36,468 nt of DNA from assembly GCA_037132095.1 (NCBI GenBank), contig JBAXPT010000001.1, forward strand, positions 1 to 36,468, read 5' to 3'. This stretch comes from Actinomycetes bacterium (GTDB taxonomy: Bacteria > Actinomycetota > Acidimicrobiia > IMCC26256). Position 1 is the stretch's first letter; each line of letters opens with the position of its first letter. Shown piece by piece: positions 18,380-28,625 of this stretch. The translations under genes were made by a program, and so were the position numbers. The notes under the pieces are model-generated. The model made no database searches. It was given only the letters and a program-made list of their open reading frames with translations, and had not been told where the DNA came from.

Positions 18380-18754
18380 TTACTTTTTCTTCTTATTCTT
18401 CTTCTTGTTCGGTGATTTTCCTAAGCGACGAGACTTAAACAGCCCGCGTGATTTATCGAGCTTCTCCATCTCGGCCAAGATGTCGGGGGCCGCGGAGTTA
18501 ACAATGTCCTCTGCCGAATCAAGCAACGCTGCTATATCGTCATCCATAGTTACATGCTCTGCCACGGGGACCTGCGCAGCACTCAAGCTCCCGTAGTCCC
18601 ACCCAACATCTGCTCTGCGCAGAATGAAACCATCGCAATCCGCTGGGCACTCCCAGGGAGCGCCTGGGGCCATGTCAATGCGGCATTTGCGCACTACCTC
18701 CCCATTCTCATAAGAGCGGCTCTCATAGTGCTTGCATTCGGTACGCATTCCCAT
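18380..18754 (-). CDS. Hypothetical Cys-rich protein with a Lys-rich tail
   Basis: MGMRTECKHY...: C-x16-C-x11-C-x3-C, acidic middle, KKKNKKKK end. Start is 18754 or 18748. Confidence 0.75.
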   Translation of the reverse strand: MGMRTECKHYESRSYENGEVVRKCRIDMAPGAPWECPADCDGFILRRADVGWDYGSLSAAQVPVAEHVTMDDDIAALLDSAEDIVNSAAPDILAEMEKLDKSRGLFKSRRLGKSPNKKKNKKKK

Positions 18755-18916
18755 TTCTCCATTATTCCAGTTCGAGACAAGATTTAGCGACCAGGGGCCC
18801 TGAAACTTAGGGAGAGAGGATATTCCCCCCAAAACTCTCCTCAAGGCGTCTCCCCTACCTGACGAAAGAACCCCCTACGAGCCCACCAATCGGGCACCAA
18901 GACATTGAGGGGTGAG

Positions 18917-20518
18917 ATGGATAACGAAGATGAGAGAGCAGATGATGCAAAACTCGTCGTTGAGCCATCGGGAAAAATAAGGGAAGCAGACGAGTCCGCT
19001 GAGCGCCTATTGGGGCGACCTAACCTCCTCGGCACGCCGTTACTCGAGCATCTACACCCGACGGACCGCCGCATCGTTGCATCGTTGTTAACAACTCCAC
19101 AGCAGCATGGTGCTCGCGTAGTTCGTTTGATAGATCAGGGCCTCGGATCTCAAGTAGCGGAGCTTCGCGTTTCATACGACGCTGGGGATCCGATCAAAGG
19201 ATCAATCATTGTCTCTCTTCGAGGCCTATCAACATTTGTTGCACCTAGCCGAACTGCATATACCTCGGCTCAACTAGAGAAACTGTTTCTAGCCTCGACA
19301 GACATCATCACAGTTCTTATGCCCGATGGCGACTGGAACGCCAGCCCAGCAGGTACCCGCATCCTTGGCCACCAACCCGGCTACGAGCCAGAGGGCGGTC
19401 TCCTATCCCTGGTACATCCAGATGATCTCGAGCGCGCTGTAGTTGCGCTTAGTGAAGTCGCAGGGGGCGTACGAAGTCAGCGTGAGGCAGTACGAGTAAG
19501 AGTCCGATCAGCGGACGGCGATTACATGCATTTCGACTGCTCTGGCCAAGATTTAACTCATGACCCAGATGTTGGCGGGATTGTCATCGTGGCGAGGGAC
19601 GTAACCGGCGAGCAGCGAGCAGAGGACGAGCGAGCGGATGTTGAGGCTCGCTACCGCGCAACATTTGAGAGAAGCCCACTCGGCATTGCAATGATTGGAT
19701 TAGATGGCCACGTAATCGAGGCTAACGATGCACTCTGTCGGATGGTAGGGCGAGAGCAAGACGGATTAGTCGGGAAAAATGTAGACGGAATAGTGCACCC
19801 AAGCGACCGTATTCTCCTCTCCGAGCATCGAGCGAACCAGCAGACGGGTGCACTCATGCGAGCCTCTGAGACGATCCGCCTCGTGCATGAAGATGGGCAC
19901 ACGGTCTGGGCGCTAACCGATACATCTGTGATTGAGCACCCAGATGGAAGCCCGGCATATCACATTGCACTAGTTGCAGATATAACTGATCGCAAAAGGC
20001 TTGAAGCCCGCCTAGAGCACCAGGCATTCCATGACTCGCTTACTGGCTTACCTAATCGTGCACGTCTTGGCGACCTGCTCGATTCAGCGTGGAGAGATCG
20101 CACAGAAGACAGTTACCTTGCAGTCCTCTTTGTTGACCTAGATCACTTTAAGGCGGTAAACGACGAGCGCGATCACGATGCTGGCGATGAGCTCCTCGGC
20201 ATTGTTGCGCGCAGATTGCGTGCTGTGGTGCGCGGCGGTGACGGGGTCTGCCGATACGGAGGCGATGAGTTTGTAATCGTGTGTCAAAAAGTTGATTCAC
20301 CACACATTGCTATGGAGCTAGCCGATCGAATTCGCTCATCTCTGTCTCGCCCTTATCTTCTGACCTCAGGGGAGGTAACGATCGGTGCAAGTCTTGGAGT
20401 AGCGATCGCCTCTTCCCAAGAATCGCCAGCGGAACTTCTCCGTAGCGCCGATCGCGCAGCCGGAAAGGCCAAGGAACAGGGCCGAAACCGAGTGGTCGCA
20501 GCAGATATTCCGCTCTAA
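18917..20518 (+). CDS. PAS-domain diguanylate cyclase
   Basis: Three PAS-like repeats (HPTD, HPDD, HPSD), DITDRK, HDSLTGLPNR, DLDHFKAVND, RGGD I-site, RYGGDEF. Confidence 0.93.
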   Translation: MDNEDERADDAKLVVEPSGKIREADESAERLLGRPNLLGTPLLEHLHPTDRRIVASLLTTPQQHGARVVRLIDQGLGSQVAELRVSYDAGDPIKGSIIVSLRGLSTFVAPSRTAYTSAQLEKLFLASTDIITVLMPDGDWNASPAGTRILGHQPGYEPEGGLLSLVHPDDLERAVVALSEVAGGVRSQREAVRVRVRSADGDYMHFDCSGQDLTHDPDVGGIVIVARDVTGEQRAEDERADVEARYRATFERSPLGIAMIGLDGHVIEANDALCRMVGREQDGLVGKNVDGIVHPSDRILLSEHRANQQTGALMRASETIRLVHEDGHTVWALTDTSVIEHPDGSPAYHIALVADITDRKRLEARLEHQAFHDSLTGLPNRARLGDLLDSAWRDRTEDSYLAVLFVDLDHFKAVNDERDHDAGDELLGIVARRLRAVVRGGDGVCRYGGDEFVIVCQKVDSPHIAMELADRIRSSLSRPYLLTSGEVTIGASLGVAIASSQESPAELLRSADRAAGKAKEQGRNRVVAADIPL

Positions 20519-20564
20519 ATATTACGCCCTACATTTCTCTCCAGAACCTAAAAGAGAACGGGCC

Positions 20565-21125
20565 TTAAGCATCTAGCCAGTCTGGTGCTTTACCGAGCAA
20601 GAAGCGGCTAACGCCGAGGCAGCGGTCAAGGAGTTCGCACGTAACTTCGTTGCCGGCCCGGATATTTAGAAGCGATAGCGAGAGGCTCGCCACAACGCGC
20701 AGACTCGTCTCCGGCGCATCTGTCGCAGCGGGGTAAGAATCAATCGCTGAGACCTCGAGCGGAAGGTCTGGCCCACCTACCCCAGCAAGCTCCGTTGCAA
20801 GTACAAGCAGATCAGGGGCGCGATGCAGTGGCGGTAGGGCCCAGGTAAATGTGAGCGATACGTGGAACTCGTCGGGTGGATCTTCTTCATCATCTCGGGC
20901 CAATACTGCATCCTCGAAACCAAGAATTACCCGAGGATTTACTGCAAGCGATAGGTAAAGGTCTACGGGTCCCTCGCAACCCTCCTCTGGGTGTAGGTCT
21001 ACTTCCCAATTTTGGCGCAACGAATATGACTCAACAAAGTGTCGCTCATCGTGGACGTGAAAACCATGATCAACTGCATGATCCTTTAGATCAGCGACAA
21101 AGCCTGGGAGGTCAATCACCGCCAT
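20565..21125 (-). CDS. Hypothetical protein (acidic, His-rich N-terminus)
   Basis: 186 aa; 3 nt downstream of the esterase; last gene of the minus-strand run. Confidence 0.8.
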   Translation of the reverse strand: MAVIDLPGFVADLKDHAVDHGFHVHDERHFVESYSLRQNWEVDLHPEEGCEGPVDLYLSLAVNPRVILGFEDAVLARDDEEDPPDEFHVSLTFTWALPPLHRAPDLLVLATELAGVGGPDLPLEVSAIDSYPAATDAPETSLRVVASLSLSLLNIRAGNEVTCELLDRCLGVSRFLLGKAPDWLDA

Positions 21126-21128
21126 TGG

Positions 21129-22061
21129 TTACTCGACCGCTAATGCAACACGCAGTGCTGCCGAGGCGTGTGCAATTGCCTCACCTGCAGTATCAAGGAT
21201 GCTCTCAAGGCCGAAGAAGCCATGGAACATTCCCTCATAATGAACCAGCTCAACCTTTACACCGGCTGCTGCCATGGCCTCAGCGTACGCATTACCTTGA
21301 TCGCGCAGCGGGTCGTAGCCGGCAGTGATTATGTACGCAGGTGGAAGGTCTGATAGGTCGTCAGCGCGCAGCGGAGAGACACGCGGATCCGTCACTGCAT
21401 CGACGTCGCCGTTGAGATAGTGCCCGTAGAACCAACGCATCATCTCTGTAGTCAGCAAATAACCCTCAGAGTTATCGATCATCGACTCGCTCGTAAATTC
21501 ATAGTCCGTTGTCGGGTAGACAAGGAGTTGAAAGGCAATCTGGAGTCCACCAACATCACGAGCGATGTGGGTTATCACCGTTGCAATATTGCCGCCGGCA
21601 GAGTCTCCCGAGACTGCGAGTCGGGATCCGTCTACCCCCAACTCAGCAGCGTTCTCCTGCACCCAGACTGCCGCGGCGAATGCATCCTCGATAGCCGCCG
21701 GAAATGGGAATTCAGGGGCAAGTCGATAATCAACCGAGACAAGAGTGCATTTCGATGCCGCTGTGATACTCGCGCATCCTCCGTCATGCGTATCGATGTC
21801 ACCGATTACCCATCCACCACCGTGGAAGTAAACAACAACAGGTGTGATCCCCGCGCCCTCAGGGCGATAGATCCGAATAGGAATATCCCCAAGCGGCCCG
21901 GGGATTATGCGATCCTCCGTGATTACACCCTCAGCAGTCGCCGGCATTGAGAGTGCGGCGTACTGAGCACGAAGGTCATGATGGACTAAATCCTCAGTGG
22001 GTACCTCTGGGGCGAGGTTCATTACGTCAAGAAGCGCCTTGGCCTGGGGGTGAAGGGTCAT
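21129..22061 (-). CDS. Alpha/beta hydrolase, HSL-family esterase/lipase
   Basis: HGGGW oxyanion motif, GDSAGG nucleophile, DPLRD, HGF. Confidence 0.96.
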   Translation of the reverse strand: MTLHPQAKALLDVMNLAPEVPTEDLVHHDLRAQYAALSMPATAEGVITEDRIIPGPLGDIPIRIYRPEGAGITPVVVYFHGGGWVIGDIDTHDGGCASITAASKCTLVSVDYRLAPEFPFPAAIEDAFAAAVWVQENAAELGVDGSRLAVSGDSAGGNIATVITHIARDVGGLQIAFQLLVYPTTDYEFTSESMIDNSEGYLLTTEMMRWFYGHYLNGDVDAVTDPRVSPLRADDLSDLPPAYIITAGYDPLRDQGNAYAEAMAAAGVKVELVHYEGMFHGFFGLESILDTAGEAIAHASAALRVALAVE

Positions 22062-22062
22062 T

Positions 22063-22731
22063 TCAGTTCTGCTCCTTGTGCAATGTGGAGTTACCGAGTC
22101 TCTGCATACTCCGCCACACTAGGGGGGCCACGGATCGCAGAGCGCGCCCTCTGTGCGAGATTGCGTGCTTTTCTTCTGGGGTCATCTCAGCAAAGGTACG
22201 CGACTCGCCCTCTGGAATGAAGATGGAGTCGTAGCCAAATCCGCCTACTCCTCTTGGCGAGGCAGTTATTCGCCCCTCCACTTCTCCTCTAGCGGTTAAC
22301 TCCGATCCGTCTGGAAAGGCTACGACGACCGCCGTAGCGAAGCGTGCGGTGCGCGATGCATCTGGATTCGCGAGAAGTTCGGCCAGGAGGTGGTTGCAGT
22401 TGTCCTCGTATGTTGCATGCTCCCCTGCATAGCGTGCGCTAAATACCCCGGGGGCACCGTCTAATGCGTCTACCTCGAGCCCTGTGTCATCCGCTATTGC
22501 AGCTATCCCGGTTGCAGAACAAAGGGCACGCGCCTTGAGTCGCGCATTCTCTAGGAGTGTCTCACCGTCCTCGACTACCTCAGGAACATCAGCAGGTCGT
22601 GCGACAAGCTCTACTAATAATCCAGACTCAGTTAGCACCGCAACAATCTCACGTGCTTTATCAGGGTTAGCAGTCGCTACAACTAAACGCAGCGGAGCAG
22701 AGCTCAATGAATCGTGATCGCTAAGCGTCAC
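22063..22731 (-). CDS. rdgB: Non-canonical purine NTP pyrophosphatase (RdgB/HAM1)
   Basis: ATANPDK, ENARLKA, ADDTGL, PGVFSAR, GFGYD, SHRGRA; follows rph. Confidence 0.96.
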   Translation of the reverse strand: MTLSDHDSLSSAPLRLVVATANPDKAREIVAVLTESGLLVELVARPADVPEVVEDGETLLENARLKARALCSATGIAAIADDTGLEVDALDGAPGVFSARYAGEHATYEDNCNHLLAELLANPDASRTARFATAVVVAFPDGSELTARGEVEGRITASPRGVGGFGYDSIFIPEGESRTFAEMTPEEKHAISHRGRALRSVAPLVWRSMQRLGNSTLHKEQN

Positions 22732-23471
22732 GCGCTACGCGGCCTCGGTGGAACGCTGAGCATCTCACGCTGCATTGCGAATAACTCTGCGATTCCACCC
22801 TCAGCGAGACCGAGGAGGGAATCGAGTTCACCGCGCGAGAATGCTGCACCCTCTGCGGTGCCCTGAACCTCGATGAACTTTCCATCACCGGTCATCACGA
22901 CATTCATATCGACCTCAGCCGATGAATCCTCTACGTAATCAAGGTCAAGGGATGGAAGCGCACCTACGATCCCGACGGAGACTGCTGCACATAACTCGCC
23001 TACCGGATTAATGCGTAGTCGACCTTGCTGCACCATGCGCTCGCATGCATCATGTAGCGCAAGGTAGCCGCCACAGATAGCGGCGGTACGTGTGCCACCA
23101 TCGGCCTGCAGCGCATCGCAGTCGACTGTGATCTGGAACTCACCAAGCGCCACTAGATCAGTAACAGCGCGAAGCGATCTCCCGATTAGGCGCTGAATCT
23201 CCTGTGTGCGGCCAGATTGTTTTCCCTTAGCGGCCTCGCGAGAGACCCTCTCCGGCGTAGAGCCTGGGAGCATTGAATACTCAGCGGTTACCCATCCGCG
23301 TCCTTTGCCACGGAGCCACGGCGGCACGCGGTCCTCGACTGATGCAGTACAGAGAATGCGCGTGCGACCAAACTCAACTAATACTGAGCCAAGTGCAAGC
23401 TCAGTAAAGTCACGAGTGAAGGTGACATCACGGAGTTGATCTGGCTCGCGGCCATCGTGGCGAATACCCAT
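22728..23471 (-). CDS. rph: Ribonuclease PH
   Basis: [44 protein letters not shown]. Confidence 0.98.
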   Translation of the reverse strand: MGIRHDGREPDQLRDVTFTRDFTELALGSVLVEFGRTRILCTASVEDRVPPWLRGKGRGWVTAEYSMLPGSTPERVSREAAKGKQSGRTQEIQRLIGRSLRAVTDLVALGEFQITVDCDALQADGGTRTAAICGGYLALHDACERMVQQGRLRINPVGELCAAVSVGIVGALPSLDLDYVEDSSAEVDMNVVMTGDGKFIEVQGTAEGAAFSRGELDSLLGLAEGGIAELFAMQREMLSVPPRPRSA

Positions 23472-23498
23472 TGGGGTCCTTTCGAGGTGGTTAGTTCG

Positions 23499-24224
23499 TC
23501 AGACGTTAGTCACGAGACGCGGCGTAGCAAGAGTGGCTGGTGCCCCAAATGCCTCGGAGCCCTCACGTAGAGATTCGATCGAGTCCACTGTGGGCCACAG
23601 ATGAGTAAGCATTAGCGCCCCGGCGCTGGAATTCCTTGCCATCTCCCCCGCTTCGTGCGCGCTCAAATGCATATTGGTTCGCCTATCAGCGTGCAGGTAA
23701 CTGGCCTCCGCGAGCACAAGGTCAGCACCATGAGGAAAGGAATCAACACTCCACCCCGGCCCAGTATCAGCAGTGTAAATAAGGCGGGTCGCATCGGATG
23801 AGACCTCAACTGCGAAAGTCGGGATTGGGTGATCAGTGCGTCGAAAGTCGAGGCGAGCATCCTTTACCTCAACCGGGGCTGCATCCTCAATTACACGCCA
23901 GTCGAATACCCCTCCCCAACCAGAGACGAGCGCACCTAAGCGCTGCTCTGCGCCACTCGGTGCGAATACGGGGAGGCCGGAGCGCTCAAGTCCGTAACGC
24001 CAAGCAACATGCAGTCCGTAAATATCTGCGCAGTGATCTGGATGCTCATGAGTAATGACAACCGCATCGATCTCACCGGGGTCGCAGTACTCATGCAGGG
24101 TTGCAAGAGTTCCGTTTCCGCAGTCGAGCCAGAGATTTGCCTCCGCGGTACGCACCAAGTATCCACTACACGCGCCTCTTGCGCTTGGGTAGGAACCCGA
24201 TACACCAAGAACTACTAACTCCAT
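23499..24224 (-). CDS. MBL-fold metallo-hydrolase (RNase Z / Rv1339-like)
   Basis: CSGYLV, LDCGNG, THEHPDH, YTADTG, LTHLWP; in the usual position between murI and rph. Confidence 0.92.
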   Translation of the reverse strand: MELVVLGVSGSYPSARGACSGYLVRTAEANLWLDCGNGTLATLHEYCDPGEIDAVVITHEHPDHCADIYGLHVAWRYGLERSGLPVFAPSGAEQRLGALVSGWGGVFDWRVIEDAAPVEVKDARLDFRRTDHPIPTFAVEVSSDATRLIYTADTGPGWSVDSFPHGADLVLAEASYLHADRRTNMHLSAHEAGEMARNSSAGALMLTHLWPTVDSIESLREGSEAFGAPATLATPRLVTNV

Positions 24225-25051
24225 TTATGTGCCTCAACATCTGCAACCTCTGGGCCTAAGAACCGTGCCCCTAGTTCCATAAAGGTAGCCGTATTGCCAG
24301 ATGTAATAAACACGTGCGAACCGCGGGTCTCAGGTGCGGGGCCCAGGCTCGAGTCTTGGCCGACAAGGGAGTCGCCAACCTCTAGACGCCCCATTACCTC
24401 AAATGCTGTCTCGTCGGCACTTGAGATGAGTGTCACACCCCGACCCATGACGCTGGCAATACTCCGAGCGAGCAGTGGGTAGTGAGTGCAGCCAAGAATT
24501 AACGTATCGATGTTCGCAGAGCGCACCGGCTCCAAGAGCTCCTCTGCAAGTTTGATCACCTCATCTGAATCAACATCCCCAGCCTCTACGAACTCAACGA
24601 ATCCGGGGCAGGCTTGGCACGTTAAATCAAGCCCAGATGCCTCCGCCGCACGTTGATATGCGCCGGAATTAATCGTGCCGAGAGTGCCTATTACACCAAC
24701 ACGTCGAGTCTCAGTCACCTTCGCAGCGGCGCGCACTCCGGGGCTCACGACTCCAATAACCGGTATCTCATAACGCTCTTTAAGCATCTCAAGTGCTGCA
24801 GAGGCCGCACTATTACAAGCCACTACAAGCATCTTGACGCCGCGCTCGACAAGTAGGTCCGAGATCTCTAGCGCATACCCTCGAACCTCTTCAGCAGGCT
24901 TAGGGCCATAAGGAAAGCGACCGGTATCGCCGAAGTAAACAAGCGACTCGCCGGGAACGAGATCAATGAGCGAGCGCAGAACCGTGAGGCCACCGAGCCC
25001 GGAGTCGAATACGCCGATGGGGCGAGTATCTAGCGGCGCTGCTTTGGTCAT
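24215..25051 (-). CDS. murI: Glutamate racemase
   Basis: FDSGLGGLTV, PYG, VACNSA, LGCTHYP. Start placed at ATG 25051, 8 nt after TACCGT. Confidence 0.97.
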   Translation of the reverse strand: MTKAAPLDTRPIGVFDSGLGGLTVLRSLIDLVPGESLVYFGDTGRFPYGPKPAEEVRGYALEISDLLVERGVKMLVVACNSAASAALEMLKERYEIPVIGVVSPGVRAAAKVTETRRVGVIGTLGTINSGAYQRAAEASGLDLTCQACPGFVEFVEAGDVDSDEVIKLAEELLEPVRSANIDTLILGCTHYPLLARSIASVMGRGVTLISSADETAFEVMGRLEVGDSLVGQDSSLGPAPETRGSHVFITSGNTATFMELGARFLGPEVADVEAHKWS

Positions 25052-25100
25052 TGGGCTAAACGGTAGTGCCAATAACGCAGCGAGTCGCGGCGCTACAGAT

Positions 25101-26075
25101 TCACTTTGTGGCAGCGGCGCGGGTCAAGCGGTCGACGACTGCAAGTCCAATACCAGACCCCACAGGCAGCACTGCAAGGACAACATCAATCCCGTGATGA
25201 TCCGCCACACGGAGGCGGTCGTAGAGAACACGCGCATACTCCTCATCGGTCTCAGGGGGCTCGAGTACGCCGACAGCAGTGGGTAATCCGATAGGGACCG
25301 GAGGCGGAGCAAGAAGGGCTACCTTGCGCCCGTTCTCTAAGTGATCACGTGCGATCTGTGGAGCATCGCGCGCCGTCACAATCTCAACGCGGGCGTTAGG
25401 TGCGTAGTGAGCCTCGAGGGTCCCGGGAGCGCGCGTCTCGCCGCCTACCGATACCGCGTAGCCAAGCACCTCATCGATGCGATCAAGAGTGACTCCCCCT
25501 GGCCGCAAGACTGTGATCTCATCGCCTGAGCAGTCGATGATTGTCGACTCAAGACCAACCCGAGATGCTCCTCCGTCGAGCACTATCTCAATATCGTCTC
25601 CGAGGTCTTCGCATACCGCCTCTGCTGATGTTGGGCTTACTCTCCCAAATCGATTAGCACTTGGAGCCGCTATCGCCCCCCCAAACTCAGTTAGCAGAGC
25701 ACGAGCAACCGGGTGCGATGGGACACGCAGCGCAACCGTCTCGAGTCCACCGGTTACCGAGTCGCTCGCCTTTGCAGAACGCTTGAAGACAATCGTTAGA
25801 GGGCCAGGCCAGAACGCGTAAGCAAGATCACGTGCCTCCTCGGAGATCTCAACCGCCCATTCGTCGATCTCATCAACGGTGAGGAGATGCACAATGAGTG
25901 GGTGATCGCCGGGGCGACCCTTTACCTTGAAGACCTTTGCAACAGCGTCGTCATTAGATGCATCTGCGCCGAGTCCGTAGACGGTCTCCGTTGCGAATGC
26001 GACGATCTCGCCTGCTCTAAGTGCTTTTGCTGCAAGGGTTACCGACTCTGCATCGGCGGGCATTGGGCGACTCAC
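25101..26075 (-). CDS. sua5: L-threonylcarbamoyladenylate synthase, Sua5 type (YrdC + SUA5 domains)
   Basis: TETVYGL, KGRP, PLIVH, WPGPLT, APSAN, STII, APG...HYAP. GTGA overlap with cysM. Confidence 0.95.
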   Translation of the reverse strand: MSRPMPADAESVTLAAKALRAGEIVAFATETVYGLGADASNDDAVAKVFKVKGRPGDHPLIVHLLTVDEIDEWAVEISEEARDLAYAFWPGPLTIVFKRSAKASDSVTGGLETVALRVPSHPVARALLTEFGGAIAAPSANRFGRVSPTSAEAVCEDLGDDIEIVLDGGASRVGLESTIIDCSGDEITVLRPGGVTLDRIDEVLGYAVSVGGETRAPGTLEAHYAPNARVEIVTARDAPQIARDHLENGRKVALLAPPPVPIGLPTAVGVLEPPETDEEYARVLYDRLRVADHHGIDVVLAVLPVGSGIGLAVVDRLTRAAATK

Positions 26076-27010
26076 CAGTAGTTGATGCGCGTTGCGCGAT
26101 CGACAACCACATCAAGGTCGTCGGTCCATGCACCTGAGGATAAGTACTTCCAGCCGCCATCCGGGAGGACAACAACAATTGTGCCGCTATCCATGCGCTC
26201 AGCAACCTTCACTGCACCTGCAACTGCAGCGCCGCAAGATATACCGGAGAAGATTCCAGTCTTATTAAGAAGGATTCTTAACCACTCAACTGATTCGCGG
26301 GGGCGCACAATCATTCGGCGGTCTATTAGGGAGGGGTCAAAAATGGGGGGCACAAAACCGTCATCGAGTGAACGAAGGCCCTGGACCTGCTCGCCTGCTG
26401 GCGGCTCTACAGCGACTACTTGAATCGCTGGATTCTGCTCTTTGAGATACTTGCCCACTCCCATAAGCGTTCCACTTGTTCCGAGGCCGGCTACAAAAGT
26501 ATCGACCTCGGGGCAGTCGCGCCATATCTCTGGGCCCGTACCCTCGTAGTGAGCAAGAGGATTCGCTGGGTTGCCGTACTGGTAGAGGAACACGTAGCTC
26601 GGGTCATCCGCTGCAATCTCTTGCGCGCGACGTATTGCGCCGTTGCTTCCCTCTTCACCTGGGCTGTTAGTAATCTCTGCACCGAAAATCTCGAGAAGTT
26701 GTCGACGCTCTGGGCTGACGTTCTCGGGCATCACGACGCGAAGTTTGTAGCCCTTAACTCGCGCAATTAATGCAAGGCCGATACCTGTGTTACCGGAGGA
26801 CGGCTCAAGGATCGTTGCGCCGGGCTTTAGTGTGCCGTCGGCCTCAGCCATCTCAATCATCTTCTTGGCGATGCGATCCTTAGACGAGCCGCCCGGGTTC
26901 TGCCCCTCCAACTTGGCGAACATGCGCACGTTTGGATTTGGCGAGAGAGGGTCAATATTTACAAGCGACGTATTACCTATGAGGTCGAGGATGCTCTCGT
27001 ACCTAGCCAT
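26072..27010 (-). CDS. cysM: PLP-dependent cysteine synthase, CysO-dependent (mycobacterial CysM-like)
   Basis: NPGGSSKDR (PLP Lys), SSGNTG, GTSGT, DGGWKYLS; adjacent to cysO. Confidence 0.92.
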   Translation of the reverse strand: MARYESILDLIGNTSLVNIDPLSPNPNVRMFAKLEGQNPGGSSKDRIAKKMIEMAEADGTLKPGATILEPSSGNTGIGLALIARVKGYKLRVVMPENVSPERRQLLEIFGAEITNSPGEEGSNGAIRRAQEIAADDPSYVFLYQYGNPANPLAHYEGTGPEIWRDCPEVDTFVAGLGTSGTLMGVGKYLKEQNPAIQVVAVEPPAGEQVQGLRSLDDGFVPPIFDPSLIDRRMIVRPRESVEWLRILLNKTGIFSGISCGAAVAGAVKVAERMDSGTIVVVLPDGGWKYLSSGAWTDDLDVVVDRATRINYW

Positions 27011-27027
27011 TACTGCTACTTATCGGT

Positions 27028-27303
27028 TCAGCCGCCGGCAACGGCGGGGAGGATCGAGACCACGTCCCCTGATACAACCGGGGTGGCCAACGAATCGAGG
27101 TAACGGATGTCTTCATCATTTACATAGACATTTACAAACTTATGGAGTGCGCCAGATTCGTCGACGAGTTGTCCACCAAGACCGGGGTACTGCCCAACTA
27201 TGGCTGTGAATACCTCGCCAATTGTGCCTCCCTCAACCGAGATAGAGGCCGCGCCATCGGTGTATTGGCGCAGAAGGGTTGGGAGGCGAACATCTACTGA
27301 CAT
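27028..27303 (-). CDS. cysO: Sulfur carrier protein CysO (MoaD/ThiS ubiquitin-like)
   Basis: 91 aa; FVNVYVNDEDIR; C-terminal PAVAGG; directly upstream of cysM. Confidence 0.9.
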   Translation of the reverse strand: MSVDVRLPTLLRQYTDGAASISVEGGTIGEVFTAIVGQYPGLGGQLVDESGALHKFVNVYVNDEDIRYLDSLATPVVSGDVVSILPAVAGG

Positions 27304-27368
27304 GTGGAAGAGACTACAACCCCGACCCCAAAGGTCGGAATTCGGGCAGAAGCGAGGCCCTCACTCCT

Positions 27369-28595
27369 CTACCCCGTGTTCCTTAAATCCGGTGGCGCTC
27401 TCCAATCCCACCTGATCTCCTTGGGCAAGCCAATCTCGCCCTTGCTGGCTTCGATCTTGATGAGTCGATATCCGTCATGCGTTTTTTGAAGGTGGTGTCG
27501 CTTGCAGAGGCGCACCAGGTTCTCAAAGGTGGTTGGCCCGCCCTCTGCGAAGGGTCTGATGTGATCTATCTCTAAGCCGAGGCTCATGTCGCATGTTGGT
27601 ACTTGGCAGACGCGATCGCGCTCCTCGACAGCCGTGCGCAGTTTCGCGGGCAATGCGCGCCCCATATGCGCGATTGTCCTGATCTCTGTGCCATCGACCA
27701 CGAGCAGCTTTAGGAATGCTTCACCTAAATACTCGGTGGCAGCTGCAACGGGGATCGGCCCAACACCTGCGATCTCGCAGACCTCACCATCTTCAGTACG
27801 TCCACGCTTGAGTGCGTCTATGTCGATGCGAATATTCATCACTGCGTTAGGGCGAGTTGATTTTGTCTTACTCGCCCCTGCCTCTGAATCCGAGGCGCTC
27901 GCTTTTTCGCTGAGCACCATTAGAGCGTCTGCTGCGTAGGCCTCAGGTCTTTCATGTGCACTGCTCTTGCGCGCCGACTTAAAGATCTCATCCTGTATCG
28001 GCTTCAGCGCTGCCATGACGAGCGCACCGTTCGCAACCGTCATGCGCGCTTTTAGATTGAATGAACCGTCAAGATCTATCCACGACTTTAAGTAACGCGA
28101 TTTATGCACCTGCCTGTGTCGCTCTGCCTCATCAGTGGCCGCAGCAACGACACGCGAGGTCGCATCGCGCAGATCGCGCACTGTCGCATGCTTAGAGAGG
28201 TTTATAAGTTGAGTCTCAGTATTCGGCGCAACGATTGCACCGCGTGCTACCTCGACAGCCTGGGTGCCCGAGAGATCCCCTGAGAGCAAGGCTGCCTGCG
28301 TAACAGGCAAGTGTTGCAATTGGTTAGCCAACAACACCACAGACTGGGCTTCGTAGTGAGCACAATCAGTCTCCGTGGAGAGCCACTCCGAAATACTCTT
28401 CGCGCCTTCGCCCTTCCAAGCATTGGTTCGCTCAACCTGGCCAACTGCAACCGTTCGCAGCGCATCTCCGGCTCTCCGAATCCGCTCAGCAATCTCAACT
28501 AATCCGCGAGCTCCGGCAGCATCAACGCAATCAACCTCGAGAGAGGAGATGCAGGCTTGAAGATCTGTGGTGATTTGATTGAGTCGGTCAAACAT
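27369..28595 (-). CDS. DUF222-like / HNH endonuclease (13E12-repeat family-like)
   Basis: C-terminal RDRVCQVPTC...EIDHIRPFAEGGPTTFENLVRLCKRHH; helical N-terminus with ADAL and GVGPIP motifs. Start moved to ATG 28595 (MFDRL). Confidence 0.88.
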   Translation of the reverse strand: MFDRLNQITTDLQACISSLEVDCVDAAGARGLVEIAERIRRAGDALRTVAVGQVERTNAWKGEGAKSISEWLSTETDCAHYEAQSVVLLANQLQHLPVTQAALLSGDLSGTQAVEVARGAIVAPNTETQLINLSKHATVRDLRDATSRVVAAATDEAERHRQVHKSRYLKSWIDLDGSFNLKARMTVANGALVMAALKPIQDEIFKSARKSSAHERPEAYAADALMVLSEKASASDSEAGASKTKSTRPNAVMNIRIDIDALKRGRTEDGEVCEIAGVGPIPVAAATEYLGEAFLKLLVVDGTEIRTIAHMGRALPAKLRTAVEERDRVCQVPTCDMSLGLEIDHIRPFAEGGPTTFENLVRLCKRHHLQKTHDGYRLIKIEASKGEIGLPKEIRWDWRAPPDLRNTG

Positions 28596-28603
28596 ATGTT
28601 CGA
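28588..28603. promoter_or_regulatory. LexA SOS box overlapping the start codon of the HNH gene
   Basis: Minus strand TCGAAC-ATAT-GTTTGA versus the actinobacterial consensus TCGAAC-N4-GTTCGA (1 mismatch). Confidence 0.85.
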
Positions 28604-28625
28604 TTATAAAACAGGGGTGTGACAA
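28603..28625 (-). promoter_or_regulatory. RecA-NDp / PafBC-type leaderless promoter
   Basis: T-TGTCAC-N10(ACCCCTGTTT)-TATAAT-N7-ATG versus the consensus TGTCGG-N10-TANNNT. Confidence 0.75.
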
